Shown here: positions 58,444 to 64,000 of the stretch, in pieces | Layout: every line of letters starts with the position of its first letter | Position numbering within the stretch: position 1 is the first letter of the stretch | NCBI GenBank assembly: GCA_018696395.1 | Contig: JABHQR010000023.1 | Location: forward strand, 15,180 to 79,179 | DNA: 64,000 nucleotides | From: an archaeon | GTDB taxonomy: Archaea > Nanobdellota > Nanobdellia > Woesearchaeales > GW2011-AR9 | Direction: 5' to 3' | Notes under the pieces: model-generated | What the model saw: only the letters and a program-made list of their open reading frames with translations | Database searches by the model: none | What the model was told of the DNA's origin: nothing | Translations under genes and position numbers: made by a program

Positions 58444-59319
58444 TAGTCTTGACAAAAGATGAACATGTAAACGTAAAATATGACCATAATGCATTGACAT
58501 GATTAATTTTTCCCCTTTCAAATTTTTCTTTAAATCCTTTTCCAATGAATTATTAATATAATCAACAGTTTCTAACCAAAGATTATTTGAATCATTGAAA
58601 TCTTTCTTTAAGAAAGATTTGTAGGATTTATCAAAATTATTGAATATTAAATAATCTAATTCAGATTTCTTGATATTATATTTTACAAAATCTACCGAAT
58701 AAATATAATAGGCATGAGCTAATTTTTCTAAAATAGTCACAAGATCGTAATAATCATAAGATTTATCACCACCAAATTTATTAGAATGAATTAATCTTAA
58801 ACAATGATCTCTTAGTTTAATAGTATTAGGTTTCAACATAATTTTCAAATTGTTAAGATCAACTTTTAACCCATCAGTGTATGCTGTTTCAGAGATATAT
58901 TTTGTTAATTGAAACATTTTAATAATTAAATTATCGATATTATTTCCTTCAGATAAAAGGAAGGATTTTATAACATAATTTTTTTTATTACCAGAAATAA
59001 CCTCTAACCCAGTAAAAGAATTAACAACTTCATTGATTTTTTCTAGATCCCTCCCATCTTTAAATTTAATTATAATTTCATCATATCCACTTTTATATGT
59101 TGAAGCAATTAAACTTCTTAAATGATAATGATTAGTTTTGCCCAAAACTATTTCTTTGACCTTATTACTAAAAGAACTGTCACATTTAATGATCAGTTTT
59201 TTCCCACTATTTTCAATATCTATTTCATCACCAGGTTTAAGACTATTATCCCTAATCCATTTTCTAGGTAATGTTAATGTTAAAGCATCATATCCTTGCT
59301 TGATTAATTTTCTTTTCAT
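58426..59319 (-). CDS. Hypothetical protein, 297 aa, possibly N-terminal AbrB/SpoVT-like swapped-hairpin
   Basis: N-terminus 'GYDALTLTLPRKWIRDNSLKPGDEIDIE' resembles the AbrB/MazE 'vtiPkeirdklglkeGDev' pattern. Confidence 0.35.
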   Translation of the reverse strand: MKRKLIKQGYDALTLTLPRKWIRDNSLKPGDEIDIENSGKKLIIKCDSSFSNKVKEIVLGKTNHYHLRSLIASTYKSGYDEIIIKFKDGRDLEKINEVVNSFTGLEVISGNKKNYVIKSFLLSEGNNIDNLIIKMFQLTKYISETAYTDGLKVDLNNLKIMLKPNTIKLRDHCLRLIHSNKFGGDKSYDYYDLVTILEKLAHAYYIYSVDFVKYNIKKSELDYLIFNNFDKSYKSFLKKDFNDSNNLWLETVDYINNSLEKDLKKNLKGEKLIMSMHYGHILRLHVHLLSRLLSCNA

Positions 59320-59469
59320 AAAACATAATTTCTTTATCTTTTTTATAAATCTTCTGCATTAATATGATTAATATTAATTATATTGGATAAATATAACTAA
59401 TGGTTTGTTTCTACTAACGGATTATAAAATCACAGTTTAAACATAATAATGCTTAAATGGAGGAAAAAA

Positions 59470-60099
59470 ATGATAAGAAAAAAAAGTTTAGAAAGTAGTG
59501 GCATGGTGTTATGTGACTTTGGTGATAAAGCAGTTGATCAAATTATGAGGGATACTGAAACAGATATAAGAACAAGAAAACAAGCCTTAAAAGATGGTTT
59601 TGGAATGATGAATGCACAAGAAAATATTGTTCCTAATTCAGCAGACCATATTGCTCACGAAATGTTTTATGACCCTAGTGATCCTGGAATGAAGTATGGT
59701 GGACCATTAAGTAGTGCAATGAGCAGTGATGAAAGAGTTACAGAATTAATTAAAAAAAATTATAAAGTATGTGATGAAAAAATCAAAGGCTTAAGAGTTA
59801 TAAGATATGATGCTGATCTTGAAATTTATAGCATTAATGTACAAAAAACAATTGAAGAGACTCTAAAAAGAGATTTAGAAGTTGATCAAACTAATTTAAA
59901 TACTATGCTAGAAACTGAAGGGTTAATAAATCAAGAATTATTATATGGACTTAATGTGTTAACAATAAATGCCAATCAAGAAAAGATTTATAGTTTAGCC
60001 AGGGATGATGAATTAATTAAAAAAATTGAAAGATTAAAAGAAAGTTTGCCAAATAATTATACATTAAATAAAGAATTTTTAGTTGATTTAGGTAACTAG
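59470..60099 (+). CDS. Unknown protein, paralog of 60284..61003
   Basis: ATG 59470 preceded by 'AAATGGAGGAAAAAA'. Aligns with its neighbour: 'RVIRYDADLEIYSINVQKTIE' versus 'RLINFDSDLELYALNHQETIR', and 'LETEGLINQELLYGLNVL' versus 'LEVEGVMNENLLMALTYI'. Confidence 0.55.
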   Translation: MIRKKSLESSGMVLCDFGDKAVDQIMRDTETDIRTRKQALKDGFGMMNAQENIVPNSADHIAHEMFYDPSDPGMKYGGPLSSAMSSDERVTELIKKNYKVCDEKIKGLRVIRYDADLEIYSINVQKTIEETLKRDLEVDQTNLNTMLETEGLINQELLYGLNVLTINANQEKIYSLARDDELIKKIERLKESLPNNYTLNKEFLVDLGN

Positions 60100-60283
60100 G
60101 TCATTTTTTATTTTTACTATCTCTTTAAAATTAATTATGTAGTCTTTTTTGTTGAATCCCTAATTAGTAGTAAATCAACTAGAAACATTTATAAATAAAT
60201 TGAATTATAACACAAGTAGAGGTTCTTAGATAGTTATTAATTATTCATATAAAGACACTAATTTTCACGGAGGAAAAAATAAA

Positions 60284-61003
60284 ATGACACGAGAAGGCGG
60301 ACAAAAAGATGCTTTTGAATGTATGGTCTTGAACGAAAGCAACCCACGTTGGAGACAAGCAGCAATTGCAAAAGGTTTTGGTTCAATGGGATACTATGAA
60401 GAACATGCTCCTGGATGCCAAGATAGAACATTATCTAAAATGAGATATAATCCAGATGGGAGAGGCAATGAACCTACCAGAGACCAACTTGCTTATGCGT
60501 ATAAAAAAAGTACCATTGGCAAACCAGGATTTGTTGTAGATAAAGCCCATGATAAAAGAAAATATCATCTTAATTTAGTAGATAATTTCATTATAGATAA
60601 TTATCAAGTTCATCCAGAATTAATGAGTAATGATCAAAGAATAAATGCAAGATTAATCAATTTTGATTCTGATTTAGAGTTATATGCATTAAATCATCAA
60701 GAAACTATCAGAGCAGGTAAAGCAATAAGTGAAGGAGAATATGCAAAAAGTACTTTTCCAAACCTTACTAATAGTGAGATTGTAGAAAAATTAGAAGTTG
60801 AAGGAGTTATGAATGAAAATTTATTAATGGCATTAACTTACATTAAGGATGGAATTGATTCTACAACAATTGATAATGAAGAGATTAGAACTCAAGCAAT
60901 AAAAATTAGAAAATCAATTGTAGGATTTAATGTAGAAAGTGAAAAACATTTTTATAATGTTCCAGGAGCTTTTGTATTCCTACCAAATTATTTATCAAAG
61001 TAA
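60284..61003 (+). CDS. Unknown protein, paralog of 59470..60099
   Basis: SD 'CACGGAGGAAAAAA' precedes the ATG. See the paralog alignment above. Confidence 0.55.
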   Translation: MTREGGQKDAFECMVLNESNPRWRQAAIAKGFGSMGYYEEHAPGCQDRTLSKMRYNPDGRGNEPTRDQLAYAYKKSTIGKPGFVVDKAHDKRKYHLNLVDNFIIDNYQVHPELMSNDQRINARLINFDSDLELYALNHQETIRAGKAISEGEYAKSTFPNLTNSEIVEKLEVEGVMNENLLMALTYIKDGIDSTTIDNEEIRTQAIKIRKSIVGFNVESEKHFYNVPGAFVFLPNYLSK

Positions 61004-61074
61004 TTAATTTAATTTATTTTTTTTATATTTTTTGTTATAATTCAGTTTAATTTTATTATAGGAGAATTAATTTA

Positions 61075-61989
61075 ATGAAACCAGAAGATTTAATCGGAAA
61101 AACAATTTTACAAGAGGATTATGAAATAAATTCAAAACCATATTATGAACCTGTTGGAAATGAAATTGAAATGTTTAAATCAGCATTTTACTCCGCCATC
61201 CCCATTTCTTTAATTGGACCCACTGGTTGTGGTAAAACTGCTTTAACCAAATTTATGGCATACCAATTAAGAAAAGAGATGATTGAAGTAGGTTACAAAG
61301 AAAGATTTGAAAATAGTGGTGAAGGGAGAGTATTCAAATTCCCTTACATTGAAGTTGCTTGTAATGAAGATACAACTGCAAACGATTTAATTGGAAGGTA
61401 CAATATTAACCACAAATGGATGCCTGGACCACTATATATGGCAGCTAAAAAAGGGGGCTTGATTGTTCTTGATGAAATTTTAGAAGCAAGAGAAGACGTT
61501 TCAGTAGTTATTCATTCATTAACAGATGATCGAAGATATTTACCAGTATTAAAGAAAGGGGAAAATGTAATTCCACCAGATCATTTTGGATTTGTAGTAT
61601 GTTACAACCCAGGATATAGTATTAAATCAAAACAAATGAAACCAAGTACCGCACAAAGATTTTGTACTATTAGAATGGATTATCCACCAACAGAACTAGA
61701 AAAAAAGATTGTTATGAAAAGTTCAGGAGCAGATGAAAAATTAGCTAAAAAATTAGTAAATTTAGCAAGTAAAGTTAGAGAATCTGCAAGTGAAGGGAAT
61801 AACCCATTAAATTTACAAGAAGGTGCAAGTACAAGATTATTAATAAGAACCGCAGAGATTTATTTAACTAGTCAAAAAAAGGGATATGGCTTAAGCATTG
61901 AAGATTGTATTGAAACAGCAATATTTAACCCAATATCTACTGATGAGACCAATATTGAAGCTTTAAGAAATTTTTACAAAATGTTATAA
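61075..61989 (+). CDS. AAA+ ATPase of the CbbQ/NirQ/NorQ/GvpN (MoxR) family
   Basis: Walker A 'LIGPTGCGKTALTKFMA'. Walker B 'GLIVLDEILEARED'. 'CYNPGYSIK' and the ~300-aa size are typical of CbbQ-like proteins. SD 'AGGAG' upstream. Confidence 0.75.
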   Translation: MKPEDLIGKTILQEDYEINSKPYYEPVGNEIEMFKSAFYSAIPISLIGPTGCGKTALTKFMAYQLRKEMIEVGYKERFENSGEGRVFKFPYIEVACNEDTTANDLIGRYNINHKWMPGPLYMAAKKGGLIVLDEILEAREDVSVVIHSLTDDRRYLPVLKKGENVIPPDHFGFVVCYNPGYSIKSKQMKPSTAQRFCTIRMDYPPTELEKKIVMKSSGADEKLAKKLVNLASKVRESASEGNNPLNLQEGASTRLLIRTAEIYLTSQKKGYGLSIEDCIETAIFNPISTDETNIEALRNFYKML

Positions 61990-62065
61990 TTATTTTAACT
62001 TTTTGTAAATCTTATTTTTAATAATAATAATAATAATAAATTAAAACTTAACTTTCTAACATAAA

Positions 62066-64000
62066 ATGGAAGAAAATCAAGAACAACAACCGGAAGAAGA
62101 GAAAAAAAGTATTTCTGAAATTTTAAACGAATTGTTAACTTGTGAGAAAGATTTTGAAACCATATCTGGAAGTAAAAAGGATCCAAGTGGATACTCTGTT
62201 CGTGAAAAAAATATTTTAAACGACGCGATAAAATGGTTTAATTACATTAACCACCATAAAAGTCAACACAGTAAAATCAAGAAAAAAATAACCAAAGATG
62301 AAATTTTTAAAAGATTAGAAGAAGTATTAACAAGAGATGAAAATATTAGGAATTTAATTAGTGAAGAATTTGATAGAGAAACATCACCTTACTCTTTGAA
62401 AAAAGATTTAGGATTATATAAAAGGGTTACAGATGAAGGAAAAGTTAGAATTGAATATTACCAATACAATGCTTTATGTGAAGATTTTTGTTCAATACTT
62501 AGCACAGTAGGGTGTATAAATGATAAGCCGGGATTAATCGAAAAACAAATTGAATTAAGAAGAAATTTTGAAGAGTTTGAAAGAAGACACTTGTTTCAAG
62601 ACACATATTTTCGTTATATTTTTCAAAATGGGCCTTTAAATAATTTAGAAAAAATTGCTCATTTAGCTTCTATTGACAAAATTACAGGTAAACCTTATTT
62701 GAAAGAATTAAGGGATGGAAAGTATGTTGGAAATGCTTTTTCTTTGGATATTTTTAGACATGTGGTAGATATTAGCAGCACATATGATGAAGAAAAAAAA
62801 CTAAGATCTAAAATATTATTAAGTGATAATAACGAAACATCTTCAAGAAAAAAAGTATTTAAAAGTAAGAGAGACATAGGGCCAACAAGAGGTAAAATAA
62901 CAGAAATCCTAATTAAAAAAAATTCAAAAAGAAGTAATAAAACAAAAAAATCAGCTACCATTAGAGAGATCTTATTTGAATCTAATGACGAGGATTATTA
63001 TATTAGTAAAGAACATTTTTTAGATCTGATAATGGGGAGAAATTTCCCTAAAACTTCTTATCAAAGTTATCAATCAATTTTAGACCATGTATTAATGTTC
63101 AACCCACAAGATACAAGTGAACTATCAAAAGTGAAATCATTATTGCATCAAGTTCACACTAATTTCAAAGATAACCAATTTGAGATTTTAACTAGAAGTA
63201 AAGAAGTATTAAGCTGTGATGAAGTTGTAAGAGAAATTTATCATGTTTATGAAAAATATTTTGTGAGAATGTTTTCTGACAGTCAAATTGAAAGATTAAG
63301 TCAAATAAAAGATTTTATGCACGAACTATTTATTGATCATGCTTATAGTAAAGATTGCATTCCAAAAATTAGAAAAAAAATAAGAACATTATTTGAAGAA
63401 GATAAGTTAAGCCCAAGAGAAACATTTGACCTTGTTGAAAAAACTAAACAGATATACCCCTCAATAAGAACAAGCGAACTTTTAGATGAGTGGAGACCAT
63501 ATCTTCTAAAAGGAGATTCTTATCGAAAAAATACTATTGAAAAAGAATTGGAAGGGATAAGCAAATTTAAAGAAAGTGCACATAAAAAAAGAAACTTTAC
63601 TTCAAGATATAATATTTTCGACATTATAAATAAATCAATAAATTTTCTAGATTCTAGAGGATATGATAAATATTTAAAAAGGTTACAAGTTAGAGATTAT
63701 GTTCTAACAAATTTTAAAGATAACCTTAAAGGCCATTACCTAACCAAAATATTTGAAGAAGTATACTTAAACGGAAATTATGACGACTTTGACCCAGAAA
63801 AAACATTAAAAGCAATTACCAATGTTAAAGAAAAAGAAACTCACGAAGTTTATGATTTTAGAGACCAAGATAGTTTAGAAGAATTTCTTTCAACCTTAAA
63901 AGGCCAAGTTAAATTGTATGAGATGGTTGATGATCATAGAAATTACGAAGAATTAGAAAAAGAGTTTATGACAATGACCATGAGAAAAAAAACAAGGTTT
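62066..64000 (+). CDS. Large ORF (>640 aa) open to the window end; candidate vWA/CbbO-NorD-like partner of the upstream AAA+ ATPase (partial)
   Basis: I translated the frame starting at ATG 62066 and it has no stop through position 64000. Lys/Glu/Asn-rich. The track's minus-strand ORFs here are antisense artefacts. Any partner domain would lie beyond the window. Confidence 0.5.
   Translation, partial: MEENQEQQPEEEKKSISEILNELLTCEKDFETISGSKKDPSGYSVREKNILNDAIKWFNYINHHKSQHSKIKKKITKDEIFKRLEEVLTRDENIRNLISEEFDRETSPYSLKKDLGLYKRVTDEGKVRIEYYQYNALCEDFCSILSTVGCINDKPGLIEKQIELRRNFEEFERRHLFQDTYFRYIFQNGPLNNLEKIAHLASIDKITGKPYLKELRDGKYVGNAFSLDIFRHVVDISSTYDEEKKLRSKILLSDNNETSSRKKVFKSKRDIGPTRGKITEILIKKNSKRSNKTKKSATIREILFESNDEDYYISKEHFLDLIMGRNFPKTSYQSYQSILDHVLMFNPQDTSELSKVKSLLHQVHTNFKDNQFEILTRSKEVLSCDEVVREIYHVYEKYFVRMFSDSQIERLSQIKDFMHELFIDHAYSKDCIPKIRKKIRTLFEEDKLSPRETFDLVEKTKQIYPSIRTSELLDEWRPYLLKGDSYRKNTIEKELEGISKFKESAHKKRNFTSRYNIFDIINKSINFLDSRGYDKYLKRLQVRDYVLTNFKDNLKGHYLTKIFEEVYLNGNYDDFDPEKTLKAITNVKEKETHEVYDFRDQDSLEEFLSTLKGQVKLYEMVDDHRNYEELEKEFMTMTMRKKTRF

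Noticed and set aside
62021-62040. (ATA)6 microsatellite and (GAA)4 at ~32018-32030
   Set aside because: Short simple repeats are expected by chance in ~70% AT DNA. They lie in intergenic spacers and there is no evidence of function.
61995-62961. Minus-strand ORFs 61995..62186 and 62695..62961
   Set aside because: They are antisense to the long plus-strand ORF I translated from 62066 to the window end. They are low-complexity L/F-rich.
1-64000. CRISPR arrays, tRNAs, rRNAs, IS elements, integrases
   Set aside because: I scanned the intergenic regions by eye. I found no regularly spaced direct repeats, no GTTCRA T-loop-containing cloverleaf candidates, and no transposase or integrase-like ORFs. 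The array looks like endogenous tandem duplication rather than a mobile island; the similarly AT-rich composition of the housekeeping half is consistent with that.

Overview
This is a strongly AT-rich, gene-dense window with prokaryotic gene organisation: 4-nt ATGA start/stop overlaps, GGAGG-type Shine-Dalgarno sites and TATA-like boxes 25-55 nt upstream of starts. The gene content points to an archaeon, probably a small-genome DPANN-like lineage. The supporting genes are a TFS/RpoM-type C-terminal zinc ribbon, a TrmB-family regulator, a Sec11-type signal peptidase, membrane-anchored winged-helix proteins, an archaeal/eukaryotic-type IleRS and ThyX. All family assignments come from motif recognition by eye; no database search was possible. 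The provided ORF track also treats GTG/TTG as 'M', so several true starts are probably the internal ATGs noted below.

The left half (118-31943 and continuing off the window to the left) is one uninterrupted minus-strand array of at least 22 paralogous genes of 212-873 aa. The proteins are hydrophilic, Asn/Lys/Asp-rich, have no signal peptides and look alpha-helical. Their N-terminal bodies are highly divergent, but all share a conserved C-terminal ~35-40 residue signature. Loosely it reads hydrophobic-x-x-G-[DENS]-x-x-x-[EQ]-K-[RK]-x-x-hydrophobic-x-x-W/F-[CS]-x-x-hydrophobic-x-[RK]-hydrophobic-hydrophobic-K, followed by an acidic patch. Examples are '...ISYGETLEQKRESMTYWCKEVQRMIKSGAYDDELRLMFG' and '...GNNLGEKKSLLVNWSKEVTRVMKRE'. 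Embedded mid-array are a MoxR/AAA+-like ATPase (8812-10059) and an 809-aa protein with an N-terminal HExxH motif and a C-terminal vWA domain carrying an intact MIDAS (6276-8705). That is the classic MoxR plus DUF2201-like vWA partnership. I regard this array plus the embedded ATPase/vWA pair as the candidate undescribed system. It looks like either an AAA+/vWA chaperone with a diversified client/adaptor family, or an NTP-dependent conflict/effector system.

The right half (32-64 kb) is mostly housekeeping: ileS, malic enzyme, Maf, signal peptidase I, TrmB-like regulator, TFS, a CYTH-like protein, an AlkD-like protein and DUF167. It has several notable features. There is a dTMP-synthesis cluster containing a tandem-fused double ThyX, a P-loop domain fused to dCMP deaminase, and a Tmk-like protein whose Walker-A lysine is replaced. 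There is a GC-elevated candidate structured ncRNA between thyX and the deaminase gene. There is a second AAA+ (CbbQ/NorQ-like) ATPase followed by a >640-aa ORF running off the window end and preceded by two paralogous unknown proteins. Finally there are several SD-led small ORFs, a palindromic candidate operator next to the TrmB gene, and hairpin plus oligo-T terminators.
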